64,000 nucleotides of DNA from Candidatus Bathyarchaeota archaeon (GTDB lineage: Archaea; Thermoproteota; Bathyarchaeia; TCS64): assembly GCA_017883585.1 (NCBI GenBank), contig JADGNG010000070.1, positions 10,330-74,329 of the forward strand, in the 5' to 3' direction. A model generated the notes under the pieces. The model searched no databases and was not told the DNA's origin. It was given only the letters and a program-made list of their open reading frames with translations. Both the position numbers and the translations under genes were made by a program. The stretch's first letter is position 1. Each line of letters begins with the position of its first letter. Shown here in pieces: positions 1 to 9,907 of the stretch.

Positions 1-876
1 GGCCTTCTTAGCGCTATAGCCATCGACCCAATCGAGAAGAAGCCACTCGCCCACTTCTACCCAGGGAGCCTCAGCCTCAGCATAAGCAGCGTCGGCTGCA
101 GCTTCACCTGCCCATGGTGCCAGAACTGGCACCTCTCAACCGCCAAACCCGGGGGCGACCTCAAGAAGGTCCCGCCCGATTACGTCGTCGACATGGCCCA
201 CCGCCAGAACTGCACGAGCATCAGTTACACCTACAACGAGCCCCTTATCAACCTTGATTACGTCGAGGATGTGGCGAGGCTCGCGAGAAAGGAGGGGATA
301 AAGAACGTCCTCGTCACGAACGGCTACGTAAGCCTTGAAGCGCTTGGCAGGTTCGTCGACGTCATAGATGCCGCGAACGTGGACTGGAAGGGCTTTACTG
401 AGGAGTTCTACCGGAAGCACTGCGCAGCGGACCTACAGAGCGTCCTCGACGCTACCGTCGAGATGCACAGGAAGGGCGTACACGTCGAGATAACCTTCCT
501 CATCATTCCCGAGACAAACGACGGGGAGGACGAGGCGAGGAGGATGGCTAGGTACCTCGTTGACAAAATGGGGCCCGACGTGCCACTCCACCTGAGCAGG
601 TTCTACCCCCAGTACAAGTTTAGCGACTTACCGCCGACGCCCGTCGAGACCCTCCTCCGCGCGAGGGAGGTCGCGAAAGCAGAGGGGGTCAACTACGTCT
701 ACGTCGGGAACGTCCCGGGCAAGGGTTACGAGGACACCGTCTGCCCCAAGTGCAGTGAGACTGTCATCGCACGCGTCGGCTATGAGATAACTGACTGGAG
801 ACTCGACGACTCCAACCACTGCAAGCGCTGCGGAGAGCCTATCCCAGTCATAGGGCGCCACGAGAAGCACCTCTAA
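1..876 (+). CDS. amrS: AmmeMemoRadiSam system radical SAM enzyme, 5' end cut by the window edge
   Basis: Frame 1 is open from nt 1 and joins the tracked ORF 193..876. The upstream part translates to ...SSVGCSFTCPWCQNWHLS..., a CxxxCxxC radical-SAM cluster motif. The body resembles pyruvate-formate-lyase activase and ends in a CPKC...CKRC zinc-ribbon-like tail. Confidence 0.8.
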   Translation, partial: GLLSAIAIDPIEKKPLAHFYPGSLSLSISSVGCSFTCPWCQNWHLSTAKPGGDLKKVPPDYVVDMAHRQNCTSISYTYNEPLINLDYVEDVARLARKEGIKNVLVTNGYVSLEALGRFVDVIDAANVDWKGFTEEFYRKHCAADLQSVLDATVEMHRKGVHVEITFLIIPETNDGEDEARRMARYLVDKMGPDVPLHLSRFYPQYKFSDLPPTPVETLLRAREVAKAEGVNYVYVGNVPGKGYEDTVCPKCSETVIARVGYEITDWRLDDSNHCKRCGEPIPVIGRHEKHL

Positions 877-928
877 CCATTTATAATACCAGCCGCCAAT
901 CCTTCAACCGAGATTCTGTGATCCAAAA

Positions 929-1540
929 ATGAGCACTAGAAGAACCACGATCATATTCGAGAAAGGCGGCGAGGAGCACACAGTAGACACCCTCAGAATC
1001 GCCCTAGAAGGTGCGAAGGAGAGAAAGATAGACACGGTCCTCATCTCCACATCGACCGGCGAGACCGGGCTTCAGGCAGTCGAGGTCTTCAAGGGGAGCG
1101 GCATCAAGCTCATCTTCGTCAGGCACCAAACGGGCTACCCGTCGAGAGGAAAGCAGATGATGCCCGCTGAGGTTAGGGAGAAGCTGGAGAAGGCGGGTAA
1201 AATAGTTACCTGCACTGACGTCCTCACGGGAGGCGTCGAGGTGGGCGTCGGGCGCCAGAGGCCCGAGAAGGAGCAGCCGCTGGAGACTGGCCTTCCCTTT
1301 ATCGTTCCACCCGTCAACGTTGTCGTCGCCAACACCCTTCGCCTCTTCAGCCAAGGAACGAAGGTATGCGCGGAGATCGCAATGATGGCCGCGGACTGCG
1401 ACGCCGTGGACATAGACAAGCCCGTAGTCGCCGTAGCTGGAAGCCACGCAGGCGCCGACACGGCACTAGTCGTCACCCCAGCGGCCTCGAACAGGATCAG
1501 GGACCTGAAGCTACACGAGTTCCTCGCCAAACCCCTGTAG
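929..1540 (+). CDS. pyruvate kinase C-terminal alpha/beta-domain-like protein (stand-alone archaeal family)
   Basis: The 203 aa translation has the family hallmarks ...LISTSTGETGLQAVEVF..., ...TLRLFSQGTKVCAEIAMMAADC... and ...AGSHAGADTALVVTPA.... A TATA-like ATTTATAATA lies about 45 nt upstream. Confidence 0.7.
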   Translation: MSTRRTTIIFEKGGEEHTVDTLRIALEGAKERKIDTVLISTSTGETGLQAVEVFKGSGIKLIFVRHQTGYPSRGKQMMPAEVREKLEKAGKIVTCTDVLTGGVEVGVGRQRPEKEQPLETGLPFIVPPVNVVVANTLRLFSQGTKVCAEIAMMAADCDAVDIDKPVVAVAGSHAGADTALVVTPAASNRIRDLKLHEFLAKPL

Positions 1541-1744
1541 CCAAACCCTTTTCCCTTCGCCTCGCAGGCTTTCCTTAATGGCTGACGTCACCCCCTTTAT
1601 CATCGCTTTCATCCTGACTGCTGTCGTAGCGGTTGTTGCAAGGAACAGGCTTCCGAGGTGAACCAGATTCACACTAACAGCATTCTTAGCAGTCATCATC
1701 TTCTTCGCGATTGCAGTAACAGTGATCGGACGGGTTGGTAACAG

Positions 1745-2422
1745 ATGGAACGTAGAGCGATTCTAACTATAACCGGCGTCTCGGCCACTGCCCTCGTATC
1801 GGGGTACCTCCTGCTTCTCTTCTTCACAGACACATCTCGAGTCGAGGCTATGGGGCTCGGGGGTATCTTCGTAGTCACCCTCCTCAGCCACTCAACCATG
1901 GTCGCGAGGGACATATTCATCCCACTCTTCCTCGCCCTGACCCCATTCTATAACCCGATCCTACTGGGTTTGGCCGCCGGCGTCGGAGGGGCGATTGGTG
2001 ACATCGTGCCATACCTCCTTGGCCTAGGCGTCGCCGAGACGGTCGAAAAGCAGGGTGGCAAGGCGGAGGACCTTGTCGGCAAGTGGCTAAAGAAGTATGG
2101 CCTCTGGGCTGTGCTCGTAGTCGCGATGACACCGCTCCCCGATCTCCCGGTCGTGATGCTCGCGGGGACGAGGAGACTACCCCTTCAGAAACTACTCATG
2201 GTCGAGGTAGTGGGCAAGTCAGCACTCTACGTGTTGGCGGCCTGGGTGGGAGGAGGGATATTCAGCCTCCTAATTGGCGCCGTAGGCAGCGCGATCGCGA
2301 GCGTCGGCATGGTGGTGGCGAGCATCATATTCTCCATCGCCTTGACGTGGCCACCTAGCAGAGATTGGCTTTTCAGGCTATTGGATAGGATCATCCCCGG
2401 CGGAGCTTTACCAGTTCCTTAA
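1745..2422 (+). CDS. YqaA/DedA-type (VTT domain) integral membrane protein
   Basis: 225 aa with multiple hydrophobic spans and a glycine-rich GAIGDIVPYLLG motif typical of SNARE-associated/VTT membrane proteins. Confidence 0.55.
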   Translation: MERRAILTITGVSATALVSGYLLLLFFTDTSRVEAMGLGGIFVVTLLSHSTMVARDIFIPLFLALTPFYNPILLGLAAGVGGAIGDIVPYLLGLGVAETVEKQGGKAEDLVGKWLKKYGLWAVLVVAMTPLPDLPVVMLAGTRRLPLQKLLMVEVVGKSALYVLAAWVGGGIFSLLIGAVGSAIASVGMVVASIIFSIALTWPPSRDWLFRLLDRIIPGGALPVP

Positions 2423-4106
2423 CCGATCGCGTATTCACCACGTCCTTAGCGGTGAGCCACGCGCGCCTTGCTACCGAGACTCCAAGGGGGAGGAACTCCA
2501 TTTGGTTTAGGGCGTGGGCATCCGTCCCGATGGTCACCGTGACACCCGCCTCAATAGCCTTCCTGCTAGAAACGTCGTCTAAGTCGAGCCTCTCGGGGTA
2601 CGCGTTTATCTCCATCGAGACGCGCTGCTTCGCCGCCTCCTCGAGGACCCTGTCGAGGTTGATGGAGTAGGGCTTCCTCTTTTGTATGATACGCCCAGTC
2701 GGGTGGCCAATGGTGGAGACGTACTCGTTATGCATAGCAGCTATCATGCGGTTCGTCATCGTCTCCTCGTCATTCTTAAAACCGCTGTGAATGCTCGCGA
2801 CGACAAAGTCGAGGTCTCTAAGGCTCGAATCCGGGAGGTCCATGGAACCGTCAGCCTTGACGTCGCACTCAATCCCCTTGAGGAGGGTGACGCCCTTGAC
2901 CTCCCTGTTGACAGCTTCTATCTCCTTCGCCTGTTCGCTTAGGCGCTTCTCGTCTAGACCGTGTGCTATGCCAAGACTCTTCGAGTGGTCAGTTATTGCG
3001 ACGTATTCGAGGCCGAGGCCCAGTGCCTTCTCGGCGACTTCTCTTAAAGTCATGGTGCCCTCGCTCCACTTGCTGTGGCAGTGGAGGTCTCCCTTCATCT
3101 GATCCAGCTCGACGAGCTTCGGCAGCTTATGCTCCATCGCTGCTTCAATCTCCCCACGGTTTTCCCGCATCTCGGGGGGTATCCAGCTCATCCCCAGCTT
3201 CGCATATATCTCCTCCTCGGTCTCGGAGGCGACAAGGACGTCCCCCTCCCTCATGAATAGACCGTACTCGTTGAGCTTGTAGCCCAGCTTGACGCTTATA
3301 CCTCGCAGCTTGACATTGTGTTCCTTCGAGCCCGTGAAGTACTGTAGGGCAGCGCCATATGCCTCAGGAGGGACGACTCGGCAGTCGACCTGCATATGTC
3401 CCTTTAGGAAAACGGTACTCTTCGTCGCACCGTGGCTCACGACGCGGTCGACGGGTGGCATCTCGACGAAGCGTTGCGAGGCTGCGTCGGGATCGTTCGA
3501 TGCGACCAGAAGGTCGAGGTCGCCGATGGTCTCCCTCTTTCTACGATATGAGCCTGCGACCTCTGCCTTCAGGATCGCGGGGGAATCCTTGATCCAAGCG
3601 AGCATGTCGTCGACAACGGGCAGCACCGCTCCGAGGAGGAATCGCGTCTGCTTGTTCCGGTAATCCCCGATGCTCTGTAGAATGTTCTGCTCCTTCTTCT
3701 CGCCGAAGCCCTTGAGTTCCCGCAGTCTCCCCTCCTTCGCAGCCTTCTCGAGGTCATCGATAGAACCAATCTTGAGCTCCTCGACGAGCCGCATCGCGTT
3801 CTTCGGTCCTATACCTTCGAGCTCCATTAGCTGCCTGACACCCGGTGGGAGGGATTCGCGCAGCTCCTCGAGTACCTTCGACTCCCCAGTGTCGAGTATC
3901 TCAGTAATGGTGGCGGATATGCTCTTTCCCACGCCAGGTATCTTATCGAGTTCCCCCCGCTCCTTTACCTTGTGGATGTCCTCAGTGAGGCTCGTTATCC
4001 TCTGCGCGGCTAGTAAGTAGGCCCGGCTCCTGAACCGGTCGTCCTTGATAGTGAGTATCTCCCCTATCTCGTAGAGAACGGCGGCGACATCGGCGTTTGC
4101 GCTCAC
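2391..4106 (-). CDS. polX: DNA polymerase X family protein with C-terminal PHP phosphoesterase domain
   Basis: The 571 aa ORF has N-terminal helix-hairpin-helix repeats (IPGVGKSIS, LEGIGPK), a Pol-beta nucleotidyltransferase core (GSYRRKRETIGDLDLLV) and PHP motifs (GDLHCHSKWSEG, ITDHS, GTDAH). Confidence 0.9.
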   Translation of the reverse strand: MSANADVAAVLYEIGEILTIKDDRFRSRAYLLAAQRITSLTEDIHKVKERGELDKIPGVGKSISATITEILDTGESKVLEELRESLPPGVRQLMELEGIGPKNAMRLVEELKIGSIDDLEKAAKEGRLRELKGFGEKKEQNILQSIGDYRNKQTRFLLGAVLPVVDDMLAWIKDSPAILKAEVAGSYRRKRETIGDLDLLVASNDPDAASQRFVEMPPVDRVVSHGATKSTVFLKGHMQVDCRVVPPEAYGAALQYFTGSKEHNVKLRGISVKLGYKLNEYGLFMREGDVLVASETEEEIYAKLGMSWIPPEMRENRGEIEAAMEHKLPKLVELDQMKGDLHCHSKWSEGTMTLREVAEKALGLGLEYVAITDHSKSLGIAHGLDEKRLSEQAKEIEAVNREVKGVTLLKGIECDVKADGSMDLPDSSLRDLDFVVASIHSGFKNDEETMTNRMIAAMHNEYVSTIGHPTGRIIQKRKPYSINLDRVLEEAAKQRVSMEINAYPERLDLDDVSSRKAIEAGVTVTIGTDAHALNQMEFLPLGVSVARRAWLTAKDVVNTRSVKELVKLRRG

Positions 4107-4203
4107 GATTCAGATAACGTATCTTTGTCTTATAGCCTGAACGCCTATTCATCAGCCTCGGTCGAAAAGTAGCTTATTATACACCTGTCAGAGATTTGAA
4201 TTC

Positions 4204-4878
4204 ATGCCATTTTGTCCGTTCTGTGGTACGCCTGTGAAGGAACAGCACAAGTTCTGCCCAAGCTGCGGAAACCCCCTTGAACCGGTGTCCTCGAGGCAGG
4301 GGGCGGCACCCCTGCCTGCAGCTACCCCGCCAGTTCAACAGTATACCCCGCCCCCAGCGGCCTACGCGCCACCAACGTATGCGCAGACTCCGCCAACCGC
4401 TCACCAGCCAGCGTACCAGTCTATGCCACAGGAACCTATCAGAATCATCATACCAAATCTCGGCATCACGAAGTCACTCGGGAGAATAGACACATACAAC
4501 CTAATCGTAACCGATCGGAGGAGCATCTTCGCCAAACTCACGAACGAAATCATGCAGGAGGCGATCAAGCGGCGACGCGCCAAGGCGGAAGCCGAGGGCA
4601 AGGGCTTCTTCGGCAAGTGGAAGGCACAGATGCAGGGGTTCAACATGTACACCGACGCCTACACCGAGATGACACCCGACCAGATACTCGCAGAGACCCA
4701 GGGCAATTGGTCGATCGACAACTCATCCATACGAGGGATGAAGTTCAGCGCCGACATCGACGACGAAGGTGGCCAGACCTACTACTACACAGAGATCACA
4801 ACGATGACGGAGAAGCTCAAGTTCAAGTCGGATTATAACCCGAAAGACCTGTTCTCCAGGGCATACGGTTCTAAGTAA
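4204..4878 (+). CDS. zinc-ribbon protein with Pro/Gln-rich linker and uncharacterised C-terminal domain
   Basis: N-terminus MPFCPFCGTPVKEQHKFCPSCGNPL (double CxxC), then a low-complexity P/A/T/Q linker and a roughly 140 aa globular C-terminus. TATA-like CTTATTATA about 30 nt upstream of the ATG. Confidence 0.55.
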   Translation: MPFCPFCGTPVKEQHKFCPSCGNPLEPVSSRQGAAPLPAATPPVQQYTPPPAAYAPPTYAQTPPTAHQPAYQSMPQEPIRIIIPNLGITKSLGRIDTYNLIVTDRRSIFAKLTNEIMQEAIKRRRAKAEAEGKGFFGKWKAQMQGFNMYTDAYTEMTPDQILAETQGNWSIDNSSIRGMKFSADIDDEGGQTYYYTEITTMTEKLKFKSDYNPKDLFSRAYGSK

Positions 4879-4993
4879 GCGCGCGCGGCAGAGACGTCGG
4901 GGGTGCCTTACATACCTAGAGTAAGCCATTTCCTATAAATATTCACGATTTACGGGTAAAAGATATCTAGCCAACACATAAAATACTCTTGAT

Positions 4994-5431
4994 ATGAAAT
5001 CGAATCATTTGAAACCCGAATTGTATGTTACCGATTTCGAAAAAAGCATAGATTTTTACCACAATATTCTGGGCTTCAACATCGAATATAGAAGAGAAAA
5101 TCCCTCGTTTGCCTTTTTATCGTATCAAGGCAGTCACATTATGATTCAGGAAATCGATCCCAACGAGGATAAGGCGTTTATCACGGGGGATTTTGAATAC
5201 CCCTTTGGTCGAGGCATTAATTTTCAAATTGATACGAACGATATTCAACAAATAAATAACTCATTGAATGGCAGAAATTATCCATTGAGAAGAGCCATTC
5301 AAGATAGTTGGTATAAGGTTGGTAATGTTCTCCGCGGATGTCGACAAATCCTCGTACAAGATCCTGATGGTTATCTATTGAGATTTTCTCAAGACATTGG
5401 TGGAAAGCCAGTAGATACTTCTCACCTGTAA
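4994..5431 (+). CDS. VOC (glyoxalase/bleomycin-resistance/dioxygenase) family protein
   Basis: The 145 aa ORF begins ...PELYVTDFEKSIDFYHNILGF... and ends ...ILVQDPDGYLLRF..., typical of VOC beta-alpha-beta-beta-beta modules. The gene is visibly AT-rich compared with its neighbours. Confidence 0.8.
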   Translation: MKSNHLKPELYVTDFEKSIDFYHNILGFNIEYRRENPSFAFLSYQGSHIMIQEIDPNEDKAFITGDFEYPFGRGINFQIDTNDIQQINNSLNGRNYPLRRAIQDSWYKVGNVLRGCRQILVQDPDGYLLRFSQDIGGKPVDTSHL

Positions 5432-5481
5432 TTTAGACCTGTTTTAACCATTTTCTTACCCCGCCTTTTCTTAAAGCCTAA

Positions 5482-6735
5482 ATGCATGGGAGGGTGCCCC
5501 ATACTCCGATAGAATTGAACGTGCTTGACTTCCTGAAGAAGGAGGAGATAGTGAAGCTCGGTTGTGACCTGATTCGACAGCCAAGTTTGACGCGACAGGA
5601 GGGTCCCGCCGTAAAGTTCGCCAAGGACTGGTTCGAGGACAACGACTTTGACGAGGTCACCCTGCAGGAGGTTGAGCCGGGGAGGAACCAGGTCGTCGCC
5701 CGCCTCAAGGGGGATGGCAAGGGCAAGAGCATGATGTTCAACGGCCACCTTGATATCGACCCTATCACGGCATCGTGGGAGTGGGATCCTTACGAGCCAA
5801 AGGTGGAAGGCAACAGGCTGTGGGGCGCAGGCATACATAACATGAAGAGCGGCGACGCGGCGATGATGTGCGCCGCGCTGGCGATCAAGAGGAGCAAGGC
5901 GAAGCTGCACGGCGACCTCGTCGTGGAGTGCGTTGTTGGTGAGCTCCAGGGAGGTGTCGGCACCGTCCACGCCCTCAAGGAGGGAGTGTGGACCGACATG
6001 GCCATCGTCCCAGAGCCGTACAGCGTCGACAACATACTCACCAAGTGCGTCGGCGTCCACGACTTTGCTATACACACCATCGGGCGTAGCGAGCACATTA
6101 GCCGTATGGAGGAGAGTATAAACGCCATCACGAAGATGCGTGAGGTTCTCGACAGACTCGACAATATGAAATTCGATGTACGTGACCCCGACCTCCCCGG
6201 TGCTCCTCGCTGGGTAGCGGGTAGCATCATTGGGGGGAGGAACCGCGACTACGACCTCGCCGGTCCATACAACATCCCTGACTTCTGCACCATTATCGTC
6301 GACTTCCGCTACCCACCCGGCTACGAGATCGAGGAGATAAACGAGCGAATGGTGGAGATGCTTGAGGAGATAAAGAAGGAGGACCCCGAGTTCAAGTACG
6401 AATTCGAGTACCCCATCGATCCCAAGTGGCGCGTCGGAGGCATGGTAATGCCCCCCATGGGCGTAAGTATCAGCAGCGAGGTCGTCAAGCTCCTCAAGGA
6501 GAACCATAAGAAGGTCACCGGCAAGTACCCGGTAAAGATCGGCTCAGTCCCGCCGAGAAGCTACTGCGGCAACGACACTGCCCACCTAGCTAAGGCGGGG
6601 GTCGAGTGCTGCCTATACGGGCCGCGGGGCTACCCAGACGAGGTCGAGAAACACGTGCGCATCGACGAGATGGTCACCTGCTCGAAAGCCATTTGCCTTA
6701 CTGGGTATGAGGTCGTAACCAAGGCCAAGAAATGA
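5482..6735 (+). CDS. M20 family metallohydrolase (ArgE/DapE/ACY1-like)
   Basis: 417 aa with NQVVARLKGDGKGKSMMFNGHLDIDP (metal-binding His/Asp region), a dimerisation-domain-length insert and a C-terminal catalytic lobe. Confidence 0.85.
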   Translation: MHGRVPHTPIELNVLDFLKKEEIVKLGCDLIRQPSLTRQEGPAVKFAKDWFEDNDFDEVTLQEVEPGRNQVVARLKGDGKGKSMMFNGHLDIDPITASWEWDPYEPKVEGNRLWGAGIHNMKSGDAAMMCAALAIKRSKAKLHGDLVVECVVGELQGGVGTVHALKEGVWTDMAIVPEPYSVDNILTKCVGVHDFAIHTIGRSEHISRMEESINAITKMREVLDRLDNMKFDVRDPDLPGAPRWVAGSIIGGRNRDYDLAGPYNIPDFCTIIVDFRYPPGYEIEEINERMVEMLEEIKKEDPEFKYEFEYPIDPKWRVGGMVMPPMGVSISSEVVKLLKENHKKVTGKYPVKIGSVPPRSYCGNDTAHLAKAGVECCLYGPRGYPDEVEKHVRIDEMVTCSKAICLTGYEVVTKAKK

Positions 6736-6826
6736 GCCTAGTTTATTCTAGACCCTTTTCTAGGGTTTTCTGGCACCTGTGTTTGAGTGAAAACTTCTAT
6801 AGAAGATTAAGCTAGTTTCTAGATAG

Positions 6827-7696
6827 GTGTCTTGTTTGGAGAATCTGATCATCACGGCAGCCGTCACGGGTGGGGAATACGTCTCGAGGAAGGATACGCC
6901 GTACGTCCCTAAAACTGTCGACGAGGTTGTGGAGGAGGTAGTGAAGAGCGTCGAGGCGGGGGCGTCAATTGTGCATCTGCACGCTAAGAACCCAGAGACC
7001 GGGGAGGCGTACTCAGGGGACCCAAACCCTGTCCTCAAGGAGTACATCGAGAGGATCCGTGAGAAGATAGATGTTGTGATCAACGTCACGACTGGCGGGG
7101 GAAGGGTTGGGAACCCGCCTGAGGTTTGGGACCGTCTCGTGAAGGAGAAGTGCTGCCTTGGGGAGGAGATGATGAGCCTTAACATGGGGACGATCAACAG
7201 GTGGGCAGACCACCCAACAGGCGACGTTTTTCTGAACACTGTGCCGATGATCGAGCGGTGGTGCGGATACATGCGGGAGGCGGGTGTGAAGCCCGAGCAC
7301 GAGGTCTACGACACGGGCATGATCAACACCTGCAGGCAGATAGCTGAGAAGAAGATCGTCCCCGAGCCGTTGCACATCCAATTCGTGATGGTTGGGAGGA
7401 CGGGTTTCCTCCCGACGATGAAGAGCCTCGTATACAGCCTCGACCAGATACCCTCGACGTGGACCTGGAGCGTCTGCGCCCTCGGTAGAAACGAGATACC
7501 CATGTGCACAGCCGCGATGATACAGGGAGGCCATGTGCGAGTCGGGTTCGAGGATAACATCTTCCTCAGGAAAGGGGAGCTCGCGAAAAGCAACGTAGAT
7601 CTAGTCAGTAAGATGGCTAATATCTCGAAGGAGCTCGACAGACCTATCGCCGACCCGAGCGAGACGAGGAAGATCCTCGGCCTGAATAAGCGCTAG
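6827..7696 (+). CDS. beta-keto acid cleavage enzyme (BKACE / 3-keto-5-aminohexanoate cleavage enzyme family, DUF849)
   Basis: 289 aa. LIITAAVTGG...TPYVP.T.DE...GASIVHLHAKNPETGE and VINVTTGGG are the characteristic BKACE TIM-barrel motifs. Confidence 0.9.
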   Translation: MSCLENLIITAAVTGGEYVSRKDTPYVPKTVDEVVEEVVKSVEAGASIVHLHAKNPETGEAYSGDPNPVLKEYIERIREKIDVVINVTTGGGRVGNPPEVWDRLVKEKCCLGEEMMSLNMGTINRWADHPTGDVFLNTVPMIERWCGYMREAGVKPEHEVYDTGMINTCRQIAEKKIVPEPLHIQFVMVGRTGFLPTMKSLVYSLDQIPSTWTWSVCALGRNEIPMCTAAMIQGGHVRVGFEDNIFLRKGELAKSNVDLVSKMANISKELDRPIADPSETRKILGLNKR

Positions 7697-7708
7697 GTAT
7701 TCTCTGGG

Positions 7709-8677
7709 GTGTTCGTTCGGTTGATAGATGGAGTTAAGCGTGTCGTCTGTGTTGGTAGCGGGCTCGTCGGCCAGGGCTGGGCCAGCCTCTTCGCACTCGC
7801 AAGATATCAGGTCACCCTCGTCGATGTGAATCAGAAGATCCTTGATGGTGCCATTGGACGAGTTGAGGAACAGATGCGTTTCCTCGAGGAGGTAGGACTT
7901 GCAAAAGGTGCCGAGATAGCCTCCAAGCTACTAAGCACAACGACAAGTATTAGCGAGGCTGTTAGCAGAGCCGACTTTGTCCAGGAATCCGTATTTGAGA
8001 GTTACCCGGCGAAGAAAGAGGTCTACGGTAAGATGGACGAGGCCGCAGATGAGCACGTCATCCTGTCGAGCAGCTCTTCGGGCCTCATGATGTCGGAGAT
8101 ACAGAAGGCAGCTAAATGTCACCCTGAGCGGTGTATAGTCTCGCACCCGTGGAACCCATCCTACCTTGTACCCCTCGTGGAGCTATCTCCCGGTGATCAC
8201 ACATCCCAGGAGACCATCAAGAAGACCTACGAGCTTATGGAGGACATCGGTAAGGTACCCGTAGTGCTGAAGAGGGAGGTCCCCGGATTCATCGCTAACA
8301 GGTTATCCGCGGCTCTCTGGCGTGAGGCCCTCAACCTCGTTGACTCCGGCGTCGCGTCCGTTGAGGACGTTGATAAGGCAGTCGTCAACGGGCCCGGCCT
8401 CAGGTGGGCTATAATGGGCCCCTACCTCACATACCACCTTGGGGGCGGAAAGGGAGGCATCGAGTACCTGATGAGACACATCGATGTCTCTAAGGCGAAG
8501 TGGCTAGAGACGATGGCGAAGTGGACGGAGACCCCTGAGTCCGCGGTCGAGAAGGCCGTCAAGGGCGTGCATGAACTGGCGTCGGTGAGGAGCCACAGCT
8601 ACGATGAGCTCGAGGAGTGGCGGGACAGCCAACTAGTTGACATATTGAAGTCCCGTAAGGTCCACAGCGACTCGTGA
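7709..8677 (+). CDS. 3-hydroxyacyl-CoA dehydrogenase family protein (L-carnitine dehydrogenase / lambda-crystallin-like)
   Basis: Rossmann motif VVCVGSGLVGQGWA, a central SHPWNP..L.PLVEL and a C-terminal 3HCDH helical domain. It starts 13 nt after the BKACE stop. The start is GTG per the ORF track, so the exact start is uncertain. Confidence 0.8.
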   Translation: MFVRLIDGVKRVVCVGSGLVGQGWASLFALARYQVTLVDVNQKILDGAIGRVEEQMRFLEEVGLAKGAEIASKLLSTTTSISEAVSRADFVQESVFESYPAKKEVYGKMDEAADEHVILSSSSSGLMMSEIQKAAKCHPERCIVSHPWNPSYLVPLVELSPGDHTSQETIKKTYELMEDIGKVPVVLKREVPGFIANRLSAALWREALNLVDSGVASVEDVDKAVVNGPGLRWAIMGPYLTYHLGGGKGGIEYLMRHIDVSKAKWLETMAKWTETPESAVEKAVKGVHELASVRSHSYDELEEWRDSQLVDILKSRKVHSDS

Positions 8678-8688
8678 GCCGCAACTAC

Positions 8689-9603
8689 TTATGGTTCCAA
8701 CCATCCAGGATCTAGATAAGCCGGGTTTGGGTATGAGTAGAAACCCCGACTCGTTTTAACCCCGAGCTCGCCTCTCCCGATCTTATCCAATAGGAGCCTG
8801 GGCGGTAAGTCCCGGGGGTCACGGGATTCTCCGTAGTACACGTTCTCTATATCCCTGACAACGTCGAGTCCAACCCGATCCATCAACCCGAAGGGCCCGA
8901 TCTTTGTGCCATAGAAGCTCATCCAGGCTCGGTCTACGTCCTCGAACGAGGCCACGCCGTCATCCACGAGGTGGAGACACTCCTTCTTCACGGAGCGCCA
9001 CACCCTGTTTAGGATGAACCCAGTACTCTCCCTTTGCACTATCAGCGGGAGCACCCAAATGGACCTCATGAAGACCCCAACACTAGCCATCGTCTCGTCA
9101 GAGGTCATGCTCCCCCTCATTAGCTCGACTATACGGCTCTTCCATGGGTTCGAATAGAAGTGTGTATTCAGGACCCGATCCATCCGTTTTGTGACGCCCT
9201 CGATCAGGGAGACGCGGATCGATGAGCTGTTTGTGGATATGATCGTGTCGGCATCGCAAGTGGCGTCGAGTTCCTGGAAAACCGTTCTCTTCAGTTCCAG
9301 CTTCTCCGGCACGGCCTCGATCACTAGGTCAACACCCGCAACCGCCTTGATGGGGTCTGGTTCGAATTTCAATAATTGAAGAGTGGAGTTCTTCACTTCT
9401 GCTGAAAAGTTGCCTGCCTGCCCCCATGATTCGAGTTCGTTGGCGATATTTCGCTCGGCGTTTTTCAGGGCTTGGGGGAATAAGTCGTAGAGGTTCACGG
9501 GGTGTTCGTGGTTTGCGCACTGTAAGGCAATCTGCCAGCCGAGGGTGCCCGCTCCGAAGACGCAAACGCGTTCTATCTTACTCATGGTTAACTTGAGGTT
9601 CAA
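8689..9603 (-). CDS. 3-hydroxyacyl-CoA (3-hydroxybutyryl-CoA-like) dehydrogenase
   Basis: 304 aa with a VCVFGAGTLGWQIA Rossmann motif, the HFYSNPW/LVEL signature and a GFILNRV motif. The conserved start may be the internal MSKIERV. Confidence 0.85.
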   Translation of the reverse strand: MNLKLTMSKIERVCVFGAGTLGWQIALQCANHEHPVNLYDLFPQALKNAERNIANELESWGQAGNFSAEVKNSTLQLLKFEPDPIKAVAGVDLVIEAVPEKLELKRTVFQELDATCDADTIISTNSSSIRVSLIEGVTKRMDRVLNTHFYSNPWKSRIVELMRGSMTSDETMASVGVFMRSIWVLPLIVQRESTGFILNRVWRSVKKECLHLVDDGVASFEDVDRAWMSFYGTKIGPFGLMDRVGLDVVRDIENVYYGESRDPRDLPPRLLLDKIGRGELGVKTSRGFYSYPNPAYLDPGWLEP

Positions 9604-9907
9604 CTAAAGTAATAAGAGCGAGTATGCGCGCTCGCCCGAAAAGCCACTGTGCACCCAACAAAAAGGTGAGTTGTCTATTAGAGCCTTGAAAACAGCCCTG
9701 TCAGTTTAAAAAAGTCATGAGGAAAGCGTTATTGACGCCGAATTATTTACAAAAACGTGCAATTAATCCACATTTACGTGCTGCCATATTTAGATGTGGT
9801 ACCTAACCACCTTTGCAAACTTGTTAACCTTTTAAGAAGTCAAATGCGCCTTTTCTTAGGTTGATCCCGTATTCAAGGTAAGCCTTGAGGCATGCGAGGA
9901 AGTTGGC

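Noticed and set aside
5422-6507. 361-aa ORF antisense to the M20 peptidase gene
   Set aside because: It lies entirely within the opposite strand of a gene with clear family motifs, and its own translation shows no recognisable domain and a biased composition.
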